In this document: positions 24,701-33,024 of the stretch, in pieces
How positions within the stretch are numbered: the stretch's first letter is position 1
Layout: the number at the start of each line of letters is the position of its first letter
Virus record (IMG/VR): IMGVR_UViG_3300025103_000063
Coordinates: 1-37,915 of that record
Direction: 5' to 3' (one strand)
DNA from: a virus
Lineage: Duplodnaviria; Caudoviricetes
Length of the DNA stretch: 37,915 bases
The notes under the pieces: generated by a model
What the model saw: only the letters and a program-made list of their open reading frames with translations
What the model was told of the DNA's origin: nothing
Database searches by the model: none
Program-made: the position numbers and the translations under genes

Positions 24701-27036
24701 TAAGGATTAGTGTTTAAAACTCCATTAAGCTCGTTGGAAGAATCTTGAATTGAAGCAAGCCACAACACGCTTGCTGAAGAAGAAATAAACTTATTATTAT
24801 GAACTTCAACTTGCTTATTAACTAAAGCTTGAAGTATTAACTCGTCTATTTTTATTTTAACAAAAAACTTACCAGAAAAATCTTCTCCTTCCCTTTTGTC
24901 TTTGCGCTCTACAAGAAACGTTAAATTTGAGTCTAAACTTCCTGCAGCTGTATTTATAGCTTTACCAACAGCTCCGGAGGCAAGCTTAGCGTCGCCAGGC
25001 GTTATCTTGTTGGCTAAGCCTAAAACATAAGCTCCAGACACGGTGCTAACGCTACTTACCTTATACTTTTTAGAGTGAGTAAAAGTCGCATCGTTAGTGT
25101 CTTCAAGTTTCCAAGATATGTATATGTTGTTAGATGTTTCTGTAGAAGCGTTTTCACCATCAGAAGATGGTATAGGAGAGTGTCCTAGTGCTAAGTAAGA
25201 ATCTACATCTATCTTTATTTTGTCTACGGTTTGATCAATCCTAAATTCATGCTCTTGCATTATAGCACCATCTGTGCCACCATCATTAAGCTGTACGTTA
25301 TCGTTTAATTGGCTGCATAAGTCAAAGTAATTGTAAGCTATAGACTCTGGAGCTTCTGCTTTAACATCTATTACTTTGTATTTATTCTCGTAGTTTATAG
25401 TACCACCATTCGCGCCAATTGTTCTTTTTAATACTAAGTAAGAGTCTTCTTGTATTTTGTTTATGTCAGACGAGTTAAACGTTAGCCACAGATGTTCTTC
25501 TTTGTTGTCAAACTCAGTGTCAGAGCCAGGTATAAACGCGGCTGTCATTAAAGCGTTGTAATATTCACCTGAAGTTTCTTTAACGTAAAACTTAAAGTAG
25601 CTAGCCCAATCTGGAGCGTAGTTTGACATTTTAGCTTTTATATTTATAGCTTTAGTTGAAACTACACCGTTTACTATGTCGTCGTCAGTAAAAGGGATTT
25701 TAATAGAACCTTCTGATGACGTAATTACAGGTGTTTCTCTTCCATACTCATCTCCAAACACTACGCCAACTTGATAGTCTCTCTGAGACTTAACAGATTT
25801 TATTCCTCCTGTTTCAAAAGATTCTCTAACGTTTCTTTTTTCGTAACCAGCATAAACTTTAACGTCTTGATCAATATCGTAACCTTGAGTATAATTAGCA
25901 TAGACTAACCTGTTGCCAACTATTTCTTGAGCTATAGCTTTTCTTGGAACATTGTCGTGCACTCTTAACAACTGGTTTTCTGGAACTGCAGCGTAAATGT
26001 TTTCTGTGCTTAAAACATACTTACCTAAATTTCTGTACCTATTTATATCATCAATAGGCTGAAATAGCTGAACACCTAGTCCTGATCCTTTAGCGCTAAA
26101 CTCTGGATCTGTATTTTTTATTTTGGCTATAGAATATACAACGTTAGAATCATCTTGCTTATATAGTATATCAACTTGAACGACATCTTTAGGTATGTCA
26201 TGAGGAACGAAGTCCATGATTTCAAGAGACTTTATAGTGTTATACATCGCCGTGTTATAACCTTCTTTTATATCGTAGAAATTAGAAGAGTTGTAAGCTT
26301 TAGAGTATTTTGCAGAAATAATAGGCGCAGTAAAAGGACCAAAAGCCGAGTATTCACCGTCAGCATACTTATACCTGTAAGTAAATCTTGGAAACACGTT
26401 TTCAAATAAACTTTTTTCCTCTACTGAATCAGTGTGATTAATTTTTATAAAAGGAGCAGTAGATGGTCTTTTTTTAATTACAGTTATATGCTCTTCTTCA
26501 ATATCTCCAACAGAAGCACCATTAACGTAAAGTAAAGTGTGTTGATTTACTGAAGTTGTTCCTAGCTTGCAGTTTTTTATATTTATTTTTTTTGGCTCAT
26601 TAACGCCGTCTGTCCACATTAAAAACTCATCAACTATATTTATACCTGTTATAGTTTTAGAAGGAAACTTTAAAGTAGCGCCTTTAACTTTTTTCTTGGT
26701 GTCTACAAAAACTAAAGATGAATATTGATTTTCTTCGTCCCACTCTAATATTATATCTTTGTCTACAGATGTTATAAACCAATAAAGTTTATTTTCTTTT
26801 TCATCAGCAATAGACCCTATACATGTAAAGTCGTTAGAGCTAATAGCGAAGCTACCATTAAAAAGCTTATCAATTCTTTTGTTGCCAATAATATTTTGAA
26901 CAGTTCCAACGTTAGAATCTTCTGAAGTAGAAATCTCTACGTTTAACGCTTCTCTATACTCTCCATTAGGTATTAACCTTTCGTCAAGGTCTTTATTCAT
27001 TTTACCTCGAACAAAAGTATTTTTAATTTCTGGCAT
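18799..27036 (-). CDS. Tail stabilisation / nozzle (muzzle)-like protein with large insertions (2745 aa)
   Basis: N-terminal F..GKMNKDLDERLIPNGEYREALN; LMWTDGVNEPKKIN; GNRLVYANY; YQVGVVFGDEYGRETPV; GIESNRIRDDFN; FGISKNPESFA...YFAD; KGWVSFKSF. These motifs are familiar from crAss-like/Bacteroidota podophage stabilisation proteins. Confidence 0.75.
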   Translation of the reverse strand: MPEIKNTFVRGKMNKDLDERLIPNGEYREALNVEISTSEDSNVGTVQNIIGNKRIDKLFNGSFAISSNDFTCIGSIADEKENKLYWFITSVDKDIILEWDEENQYSSLVFVDTKKKVKGATLKFPSKTITGINIVDEFLMWTDGVNEPKKINIKNCKLGTTSVNQHTLLYVNGASVGDIEEEHITVIKKRPSTAPFIKINHTDSVEEKSLFENVFPRFTYRYKYADGEYSAFGPFTAPIISAKYSKAYNSSNFYDIKEGYNTAMYNTIKSLEIMDFVPHDIPKDVVQVDILYKQDDSNVVYSIAKIKNTDPEFSAKGSGLGVQLFQPIDDINRYRNLGKYVLSTENIYAAVPENQLLRVHDNVPRKAIAQEIVGNRLVYANYTQGYDIDQDVKVYAGYEKRNVRESFETGGIKSVKSQRDYQVGVVFGDEYGRETPVITSSEGSIKIPFTDDDIVNGVVSTKAINIKAKMSNYAPDWASYFKFYVKETSGEYYNALMTAAFIPGSDTEFDNKEEHLWLTFNSSDINKIQEDSYLVLKRTIGANGGTINYENKYKVIDVKAEAPESIAYNYFDLCSQLNDNVQLNDGGTDGAIMQEHEFRIDQTVDKIKIDVDSYLALGHSPIPSSDGENASTETSNNIYISWKLEDTNDATFTHSKKYKVSSVSTVSGAYVLGLANKITPGDAKLASGAVGKAINTAAGSLDSNLTFLVERKDKREGEDFSGKFFVKIKIDELILQALVNKQVEVHNNKFISSSASVLWLASIQDSSNELNGVLNTNPYANTPDTTVQELIDAAANELADASSHWSDILGETGPTFFIDNMYLTDSNPSDSYYAKEAGQGWRGNPVSYPKAVWNNTTDIPWSPDVISTEQQYDEDDFSASNVMNGLPGIVTTNTSYIEGGSKQWKQDSVFDVSFEDSYGEETGKVFMHISFLAPGKNLHSSNWTDNSGLATSTATGLQSLAKDMQGIWGGGVFIKEGVYVEFEGSYDQTDSAIGMPAPGPGIGKGYDLNYRELHERQWDPTFNVNGDPDGVIKEFVENIKIGSKFKFSDDTTNDLYTILNVSVKRIYNHTSWRTRHQRVAGLPYLDGKSVEEKALAWAADTTNVANGDALKAAIEAFGKANNRRVCYIIELDKDPTGASSSFNPVQGGIGFPDAETPTTIEFVDEKTQALSALKINTPAVFETKPKQSADLNIFYEASQAIPLLLDVDSAEMFCPRGCRVEFPNLPAARHGKKQITQNVYVRQWNLDGDQLHFLVRHENNAETFGFNYLNANQDIIDYSNQEVRFYRPDGGYTTAIIGQSYENQQNEFDAGYRIAFNVSKFVDTSVDFGLSWNNCISFGNGIESNRIRDDFNAPFILNGARASSTIEEPYSEENRKYGLIYSGIYNSTNGVNNLNQFIQAEKITKDVNPTYGSIQKLYTRDSDLVAFCEDKVLRILANKDAIFNADGNPQLVATENVLGQVNPFVGDFGISKNPESFAKESYRAYFADKQRRAILRLSMDGLTPISDAGMKDFFRDNMLNAGKILGTYDEYKKQYNVTILNPSFNNVLANSYISEGVDVTPVTSTNEIVENAGLNGGVDYNFGGTVSDYYSQYQYLNNTGFRAEATITHFPAINTQFYQAEVQGQEEITAEAGQAGVEGQDAAFPEFFTNSGSAGEIMFSYRQNVDGNPFLSSGSGYASGFDGQFQRFYSDTYSQFISVDSTNNPTGLLLVGETGVEESWGGLLDFNYNRIFWSDETDNYFVSTGFGDRDYHYYPGINFTHDNPSESVLGGILLPGNVISGDTIPNDYVAAPVLAANPTATNMTIFNGEEIKIVVYYGTNVASYSDNEPEIQIRLRDGVTGSFVNNSILRDSSNIPTGAPAGLETATNTNPYTTFMYPEQTVSDSAGQVFLGYQANNAAITTVPLAENSAGIDVNSVSVQYKFVQSMEPTVVVDNLQVDIRVDLNNLDDTLVINRVEIYKTSAIQDLGQSFVLGQDQIDPVTGQPFIQAAEAVPGVYGNPNSGNGNQLAFTAVDYAIDGGGWTFTIGDLGTINQFYGAEDYYGSINLPTLSEAVSLNNGTTAQWYVGNDNSVSSGTMGVANTAITEFDGVTLNQGNVMQGTDEITTAQNKVYVLHPGGTSSGLISQDITSGTALVHGNWYLIDVEYTPSLNPGFELNNYNYGMYIQHVFQSFTASAASATSGVQHNDSSIPGASAALPNGYIGKASHHMNGLRLVPMETGEYGDGTHAFRGVFQFDENSQMGTDNAVRVQFYGIEVIVNRINFIDITLPENNSSIPEGWSANVLPNTQPVHALQENRAYYANGGYNWNIPASFVDAEENTFKHIFNVDEVDFLEGSYTFSFTFDNIGPLSADQFSGSFTAGFVSNTNESGESVRFVIDNINEPGLYTFSVDFSNNSFIAVNTPEGFTGDASLTVDASATVSNSNRLFFYPIEATGGVGKLENASVQSNTNLFTGGSIESWSFGGFNASESPEVFFEDGQIEFNTVQSTNAYVSQALAEEIPSGQQYNLDIDYSITSGFIDVYYYNTEGQGFTVRIGDDDAEVDSTNFNNTFTIGDEVLIEGSADLVNTLVLKPSANTQALISSIKFKRVNANVAAVQTLSYSEDVKGWVSFKSFIPESGLSLSKNYYTLKDGKLYKHYHAEASINTFYNQNPEPSSVVAVFNDSPSIVKNFKTINYEGTSGWNLDYIYTNIESGSINSFVEKENKYFNYIKGEFQTNDVIDTSGFNVQGLGIASLVTSISEEAPE

Positions 27037-27042
27037 AAACTA

Positions 27043-28656
27043 TTATTTTATTTGTTTAGACTTACCTCTTAAAATACGCGTTAAATCGCTAATCTTTATA
27101 TTTGATAGTCTTAACTTAGCTTGTCGAGTAGCTGCAAACTTTTCTTTTTTAGCTCGTTGAACTATGTACTCTGGAATATTTGATTTAGTAGATAACACCC
27201 CATGCGTTATTGACCTGTACATTGCTTCTTCTGCAAACTTGTGAACTTTCATTTCAGACCAAGTGCCAAGACTATCGCTTATGTAATCTAATATTACATC
27301 TTTTCCAGAAATATTAGAGCTAAAGTGTATTCTGCCTAATTCTTCATCTATATAAAAAGATCCATTGTTTTGAGCAGCCGAAGGTTCTAGCCCATATCTT
27401 TGACCCGCGGCGTTTATACGAAAATCATCAACGTCTGTCGTGCTGTCGTTAACGGCCTCAGTACTACCCGATCCTTTAAACTTTGTCCAAGTAGAAGATT
27501 CAAATCTATTTTCTCTTTTTAAATTATTTACATTTGCATCTGATCTAACAGACAGCTCATCTATAGTAGAAGTAACTTCCATATAAGGGTCAGGCTTGTT
27601 ATTCGCGTTGCTTAAAGGCCAGTTAGCTTGACCGCTGGCTAAAACGTAAACTGTTCCTGAAACGTTGCTAACATCAACACCAGTTATACTTTTTGTTCCA
27701 GACTCTCCAGCTGTCCACTCTAAATATCCTAAATCAAAATACTCTGCTGACGCATGGTTAGCAGCTACAGCAGCTCCTACGGCAACATCTCTTATGTTGG
27801 CCGCGTCTGGATCTATTGTGCTTAAACCAAACCTTACTGTGCTTGCTGAGTGAGTAAATGTTTCTGTTATAGTCTCTCCAGTATCTTTATCTTCCCTGTA
27901 GCTTGTTCCCGTGCCTGACTCTATTGATGTTGCGTTTGCAGAAATCTCTAAAGTTGTCATTCCAGTAACATCTATTTCTTGCCAAAAAGCTTGAGCAGAT
28001 CCGTGGTAAGTGTTCCCCGTTCTGTGAGGCGCGTTTCTAAACTCTACATTATTGTTAGCTGCGCTATTAAAAACTCTACTACCAAACCAACCAGTACGAC
28101 CTTCAAGAAGTGTTTGGAATTTACCGCCATTATTATCTAACTTTGATAAAATAGCTGTAGTAGTGCTAAAGTTATCTGTAAAGTCGAAGTCAAGATCACC
28201 GTTTTGAACTAGCTGTGAGTTGTCTCCAAAGAAGTATACGCCTTCTTCTTCTTGAGCTATTTGAAAAGGATTTGAAGTTTGCGTAGTTTTATATATAGGA
28301 TATTTTATTCCTTTTTCGTCTACCCAGCTAATATGAGTATAGTTAACATAGTCTGCAGGTAAAATCATTACTAGAGAAGGTGGAACGTTTATTTGCTGTG
28401 ACTTTATAGATTTTAGCGTATCAAAAGATAACTCAGCTAAAGCTCTTTGAGCCCAAAAACCCACATCAGATCTACTTACTTTATTTATTATTTTTTCATC
28501 ACCAACGTAAACAGCCATAAATTGAGAGATAATATCGTCTAGCGATACAAACTGATATTCACCAAAAGGACTTTGGTCAATATTGTTTTCTTTCATAGTA
28601 CTATTGTAGTACTCTTTGTCGTGACCTTTTTTTAAGTTGTAGTACTCGTTCGCCAT
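27043..28656 (-). CDS. Tail ring/adaptor (tubular) protein with an internal inserted domain (537 aa)
   Basis: YQFVSLDDII..F...AQRALAELSFD...LPADYVNY at the N-terminus and IHFSS...ILDYISD...VHKFAEEAMY...AKLRLSN at the C-terminus. Confidence 0.65.
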   Translation of the reverse strand: MANEYYNLKKGHDKEYYNSTMKENNIDQSPFGEYQFVSLDDIISQFMAVYVGDEKIINKVSRSDVGFWAQRALAELSFDTLKSIKSQQINVPPSLVMILPADYVNYTHISWVDEKGIKYPIYKTTQTSNPFQIAQEEEGVYFFGDNSQLVQNGDLDFDFTDNFSTTTAILSKLDNNGGKFQTLLEGRTGWFGSRVFNSAANNNVEFRNAPHRTGNTYHGSAQAFWQEIDVTGMTTLEISANATSIESGTGTSYREDKDTGETITETFTHSASTVRFGLSTIDPDAANIRDVAVGAAVAANHASAEYFDLGYLEWTAGESGTKSITGVDVSNVSGTVYVLASGQANWPLSNANNKPDPYMEVTSTIDELSVRSDANVNNLKRENRFESSTWTKFKGSGSTEAVNDSTTDVDDFRINAAGQRYGLEPSAAQNNGSFYIDEELGRIHFSSNISGKDVILDYISDSLGTWSEMKVHKFAEEAMYRSITHGVLSTKSNIPEYIVQRAKKEKFAATRQAKLRLSNIKISDLTRILRGKSKQIK

Positions 28657-28660
28657 TTAA

Positions 28661-29371
28661 TTAAGATTTTTGTTGTTGTAAGTTAGTTACCTCTTGTTGA
28701 GTAGCTAGTTGAGATACTTCAGCATCTTTTATAGATACGCCTGCTAACTTTAGTATTTTTAACACAAGCTTATTTTGCTCTGAAGGATGTAGTTCAAAAT
28801 CGCTGCTTGTAGTAGGGTTCCATAAAGCGCTGTTGCCCTGAAGCAAATAACCCCAGCTTACCGGTTGTAATTTTCTAATGTAGTTTGCATATATTTTTTC
28901 TATTCCATCAGGATTTACCCAAATTACTCCATCTTGATGAAGATAGCAGTTAGGTCTACTTAAAGTCCCTTTAGTAAGTGGGCCTTGATTGTATTCCCAA
29001 AAGTCTTTTCTTGAAAGTTTGTTTATTTGAACATGACCATGAGAACTTCCTGTTCTAACATCTGTTAATCTGTAAAAATTACTAGGTAACGTGAACTTTG
29101 AGTTACCCGCTTCTAGATCTTCGTTCGACAGCGTAACTGACGCGCTAAATATAGCTATTTTGTCTTCTAGCAAAGAGACCATGTCAGACTCGTTGTCGTC
29201 ACTACCTCTACCTCTTTTAAATTGGTTAAGATCGTAAAAGTATTGCTCAAATATTTCTACTTGAGCTTGGTTAGCAAATAAGTTAAATTCTTGAGGCGTT
29301 ATATAACCTCTTTGTTCCTTGTTGGCTAGCGCCAATACTGTTTGATATACTGTGTCTACACTTATTGCCAT
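28661..29371 (-). CDS. Tail ring/head-tail adaptor protein (236 aa)
   Basis: VYQTVLALANKEQRGYITPQEFNLFANQAQ...YIRK...WGY...DFELHPSE...ILKLAGVSI; position downstream of the capsid genes. Confidence 0.65.
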   Translation of the reverse strand: MAISVDTVYQTVLALANKEQRGYITPQEFNLFANQAQVEIFEQYFYDLNQFKRGRGSDDNESDMVSLLEDKIAIFSASVTLSNEDLEAGNSKFTLPSNFYRLTDVRTGSSHGHVQINKLSRKDFWEYNQGPLTKGTLSRPNCYLHQDGVIWVNPDGIEKIYANYIRKLQPVSWGYLLQGNSALWNPTTSSDFELHPSEQNKLVLKILKLAGVSIKDAEVSQLATQQEVTNLQQQKS

Positions 29372-29384
29372 TATGTTTTATTTT

Positions 29385-29426
29385 TATAGTTAAGCAACCA
29401 CCCCGAAGAGTGGCTGCTCTACTATA
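29385..29426 (-). promoter_or_regulatory. Long intergenic stem-loop with C(UUCG)G tetraloop and no U-tract
   Basis: Minus strand TATAGT-AG-AGCAGCCACTC-TTCG-GGGTGGTTGCT-TA-ACTATA. Two G-U pairs are possible only in the minus-strand RNA. Confidence 0.7.
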
Positions 29427-29432
29427 GGATGA

Positions 29433-30257
29433 TTACGCGTTAAATCGCTTTTCAATGTTTGAATATATCTCCATACCTTCATCAGTTTTAAACCAATGCG
29501 CAAGAGCGGTGTATGGGTGTTCATCAAACGGTACAGTCATTATTTTTCTATCATTAGATCCCCATATAAAATTACGTTGATCAGCTGATAATTTAATAAT
29601 TCCTTCTTCTACAGCTTTAATACCAAAGTTTCTAAGCTGAACGTTATCGTCAGCCGCCAACTCTAAGAACAAAACAGGGTTGTTGCGAGCGAATAGTAGT
29701 AAATCTCTTTTAAGCTCCTTAGAACTCATCTGAGACACTTCAGATCCTTTTTCTACTCGCATTATAGCTTCAGCCATATCAATATCTATTTGTCTAGCCA
29801 TTAATATTGCATCTGCTTCCATTTCTAATATTTCTATTTCACTAGCAGCTTCTCTTACAGGCTCATACTCCGTATATAGCTTGTTTTTATCTGGGTGATA
29901 TAAAGATAGAAGTTTTTGTAGAGTAGTTTTTTCTTTAGGCACAAATAAAGATCCGTTTCTAAAAATAATATGCTCTAATCTTTGATCACCTATCATTTCG
30001 TCAACAAAAGGCGTTTTTTGATTTTGACAATACTTTAACTCTCTTTCATAACCTTTTTCCGCGTCAAAGTAGTACACTCCAGCAGACTTTATCATTCTAG
30101 AGATAGGTTTTTTATTGCCTTTTAAATTGTAAACTCTATCTTTTATTTCCCAGCTTGGTTTTTTAGGCGTATGCTTTTCAACAACAACCTCAACCATTTC
30201 ATTTGTAGCTTTTACTTCAGGAGCTACTTCAACCTTTTTTGTTTGTTTTTTTGCCAT
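29433..30257 (-). CDS. Hypothetical protein following the major capsid gene (274 aa)
   Basis: Clean ORF with motifs WEIKDRVY, RELKYCQNQKTPFVDE and SSKELKRDLLLFARNNP; function not assignable from sequence. Confidence 0.6.
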   Translation of the reverse strand: MAKKQTKKVEVAPEVKATNEMVEVVVEKHTPKKPSWEIKDRVYNLKGNKKPISRMIKSAGVYYFDAEKGYERELKYCQNQKTPFVDEMIGDQRLEHIIFRNGSLFVPKEKTTLQKLLSLYHPDKNKLYTEYEPVREAASEIEILEMEADAILMARQIDIDMAEAIMRVEKGSEVSQMSSKELKRDLLLFARNNPVLFLELAADDNVQLRNFGIKAVEEGIIKLSADQRNFIWGSNDRKIMTVPFDEHPYTALAHWFKTDEGMEIYSNIEKRFNA

Positions 30258-30277
30258 AATATAATATAATAAAAATT

Positions 30278-30306
30278 AAAAAAAAAGATCGGGGCCGAAG
30301 CCCCGA
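30278..30306 (-). terminator. Rho-independent terminator after the major capsid gene
   Basis: Minus strand TCGGGGC-TTCG-GCCCCGA-TC-TTTTTTTTT, 11 nt after the MCP stop. Confidence 0.9.
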
Positions 30307-30317
30307 CCATAATTAAT

Positions 30318-31784
30318 TTACTTCAATAACATGAAGTTGTTAGCACCTTGAGTAACTAAACATCTTTCAGTTAAGAAGTGTAGTTGCATTGCATCTAAAG
30401 CAGATGTAGCAGCTCCAACCGAACCAGTAGTCCAAGTCTTCATTCTACGATCATCAGTTTGTGAAGCTCTGTAACGTACGTGTAAGAACGGACGCTTGAT
30501 AGAAGCACCAACAGTTTGATCATATACAGATGAAGAACCAGCAGGAATCATAACCCCACGAATTTCGCCAGAACCTGCAGCATCATTGATACCGCCACGT
30601 GTAGCTTTATCGTTTAAGTAACGCATGTCAGACTTATAGAAGTCGTAAGAACCTCTTCTAAATCCAGAGAAACCTAAGTTCAACGCCATATCTTCAGAGT
30701 TGTCGAATACTCCGTAAGATGTACCACCAGCACCGTAAGAGTTCATAGAAGCTAACATATCGTCGATAGCTAGAGACGTAGCTCTATTTACAAACATCAT
30801 GTTTTCTTCAATAGCTCCTTGCTTGTCAAATTCAGCTAAGATAGCGTCAAATTCAGCTAAGTCAGTAGCAGCGTTAACACCAGTAATACCTGAAGTTACG
30901 TTACCTCTATCTTCGATAGCATCGAATAAACCTTGAGTACCTACGTTAGCATGACCTAAGTAGTCATCAACGCCGTTACTACCAGAGCCTTTAACAGACT
31001 CTAACATAGACATTTCAACATAGTCGTTAAAACGAGCGCGAGTATCAGACTCAGCTTTTAAGTACCACAAGTAACCGCCTTGTCCAGCTTCTGTAGAAAT
31101 TTCTACCCAACCGATACGAGACGCATCTGATCCAGACACTTCGTAGTAGTCCTTCATGATGATAGGCTTGTTAGTAAAAGTTTGAAACTGTGGCTCGTTA
31201 GCGCCTCTTGAATCAACGTCGTTTGCAGCGTCGTTGTCAGCTTGGTAACGTCTAGCTTTTCCGTACTCAGAACCATAGACTAAAATAGTAGTAGTCTTGT
31301 CTGTGTTAAGCTGATCAATATCAACGCCGTCATAAGCAGATAGTGTTAAAGAGTCGTTGTTAGCGATGCCTGTAACCATAGCTTTAAATACGCCATTAGC
31401 ATTAGAAACAACAACAGTGTCGTTTAATCTAACGCCGTGAGCAGTATCAAGACCAGCTTGAATATAATTAGCTTCATCAATGTCAGCTTGAACTAAGAAA
31501 GTGTTGTCTGCTGTTAACTTACCTTTGTAAGACAAGTGCAAACGTCCTTGCTCAGACCATACAACTTGATCAGCTGTCATAGCCTCTTCAGCTCCTATTT
31601 TAGCTAGAAAGCCTGAAATTGTTCTTGGGCCGAAAACTTCAGCCTCTTTTTCCATTAAATCTGGAACGTATTGTTGACCCCAACCAGCGTTGTCGCCAGA
31701 TGATAAGTCTAAATAATTTGTAGATAACGTTTGCTTTCGTGAAGCAGGAACGCTATTCAAATTATCACCGGGTGTAATTGCCAT
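30318..31784 (-). CDS. Major capsid protein (488 aa)
   Basis: Follows portal and scaffold, and is followed by a strong terminator. Motifs VWSEQGRLH, NKPIIMKDYYEVSGSD, GTQGLFDAIEDRG, LGFSGFRRGSYDFYK and FLTERCL are consistent with an HK97-fold MCP of Bacteroidota podophages. Confidence 0.85.
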   Translation of the reverse strand: MAITPGDNLNSVPASRKQTLSTNYLDLSSGDNAGWGQQYVPDLMEKEAEVFGPRTISGFLAKIGAEEAMTADQVVWSEQGRLHLSYKGKLTADNTFLVQADIDEANYIQAGLDTAHGVRLNDTVVVSNANGVFKAMVTGIANNDSLTLSAYDGVDIDQLNTDKTTTILVYGSEYGKARRYQADNDAANDVDSRGANEPQFQTFTNKPIIMKDYYEVSGSDASRIGWVEISTEAGQGGYLWYLKAESDTRARFNDYVEMSMLESVKGSGSNGVDDYLGHANVGTQGLFDAIEDRGNVTSGITGVNAATDLAEFDAILAEFDKQGAIEENMMFVNRATSLAIDDMLASMNSYGAGGTSYGVFDNSEDMALNLGFSGFRRGSYDFYKSDMRYLNDKATRGGINDAAGSGEIRGVMIPAGSSSVYDQTVGASIKRPFLHVRYRASQTDDRRMKTWTTGSVGAATSALDAMQLHFLTERCLVTQGANNFMLLK

Positions 31785-31807
31785 AATAAATATGTTTTAA
31801 GTGTTAA

Positions 31808-32998
31808 TTATTTTTTAATTTTAAATTTAAAATCAGAAGAGCTATCACCTAGCACCCTTACTTTCATCTTGCTAGTATTAACATCACCAGCAAATTGCTG
31901 GCGAGGGCTCATGCTAACATTTTTAGCTTTAGCAACGCTTTGCTTTAAAGCATCTGCCTTGCCTTGCTCGTAAAAGTGCTGTGCAATTGCATCAGCATTC
32001 ATAGCTGTAAAAATACTTTTGTGATAACCCTTAGCATCTGATATTACATTATCTTCATTCAAAAACTTTTTGACAAAGTTATTAATATCGCTTTGAGTTT
32101 CTTTAACACTGTCTATGTTCTTAACGTTATATCTAAACTTCTTATCACCGACTTTATATTCAAATCCTTTGAATTTTTCGTTAAACAAGTTATTAGTTTT
32201 GTTCATAAACGCGCTGTGTTGTTTCTCAGCTACTTTTCTGTTGTCTTCCGACTCTTTGTTATATCGATTAAAAAAGTCCATTGCCTTTTGATATTCATCG
32301 TTAGGCGCTTGACGCATTTTAATCTCATCGTAATATGTGGATTTTACACTTTCCAAGTGGTTCTTTGCCTGAGCAACTTGCTCCTTCAAAGCTAATTTTT
32401 TTCTTTTTATATCTCTTTCATCATCTAATTCTTCATCAAAAGAAAACTGATCTTCCATCATGAAGCTTATTTCCTCTAAGTTTAGATGAGGTTTAGTTTG
32501 CTTATAGTATTCTCTTAGCAGCGTTAAGTTATCTAAATCAGAGTAATCTCTATTTAGCTTAACATAATCTTCTATGTCGCCACCAGTCTCACTCATAAAG
32601 TCAACTAACTTTTGAATGTTTTCTGGTAAAGGCTCTCCTGTAGCTTCCGCTTCTTGTACGGCTTCTTCTACTTCGTCAACTAATTCTTTCAAAGCCTCGT
32701 TTGGCTCTTCGTCAATAACTTCTTCTAGTACTGCATTTTGTGCTTCGGCTTCCGGCTGTACTTCTTCTTGTTCCGGTGTGGTGTCGGCACTTTCATCGCT
32801 TCCAACCACTCCTGCGTCGTCAGTTGAGCCATCTGCAACTTCTGCTGCTTCTTCTGGTTTCTCATCTTCAATTGGTTTATCCAAATCTATTTTGATAACA
32901 CTGTCGTCGCCAGCGCTTTCAAATTTACTTTCATCAACTGTATCTACAGTCTCTTGCGTAGTCTCGTCGACTACTTGTTCATTTTTTTCTTCTTCCAT
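31808..32998 (-). CDS. Putative capsid scaffolding protein (396 aa)
   Basis: Very acidic low-complexity N-terminus, helical/coiled-coil core and basic C-terminal tail (FKFKIKK); located between portal and MCP. Confidence 0.7.
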   Translation of the reverse strand: MEEEKNEQVVDETTQETVDTVDESKFESAGDDSVIKIDLDKPIEDEKPEEAAEVADGSTDDAGVVGSDESADTTPEQEEVQPEAEAQNAVLEEVIDEEPNEALKELVDEVEEAVQEAEATGEPLPENIQKLVDFMSETGGDIEDYVKLNRDYSDLDNLTLLREYYKQTKPHLNLEEISFMMEDQFSFDEELDDERDIKRKKLALKEQVAQAKNHLESVKSTYYDEIKMRQAPNDEYQKAMDFFNRYNKESEDNRKVAEKQHSAFMNKTNNLFNEKFKGFEYKVGDKKFRYNVKNIDSVKETQSDINNFVKKFLNEDNVISDAKGYHKSIFTAMNADAIAQHFYEQGKADALKQSVAKAKNVSMSPRQQFAGDVNTSKMKVRVLGDSSSDFKFKIKK

Positions 32999-33024
32999 AA
33001 TAAAATATTATATAATTAGTAAAA

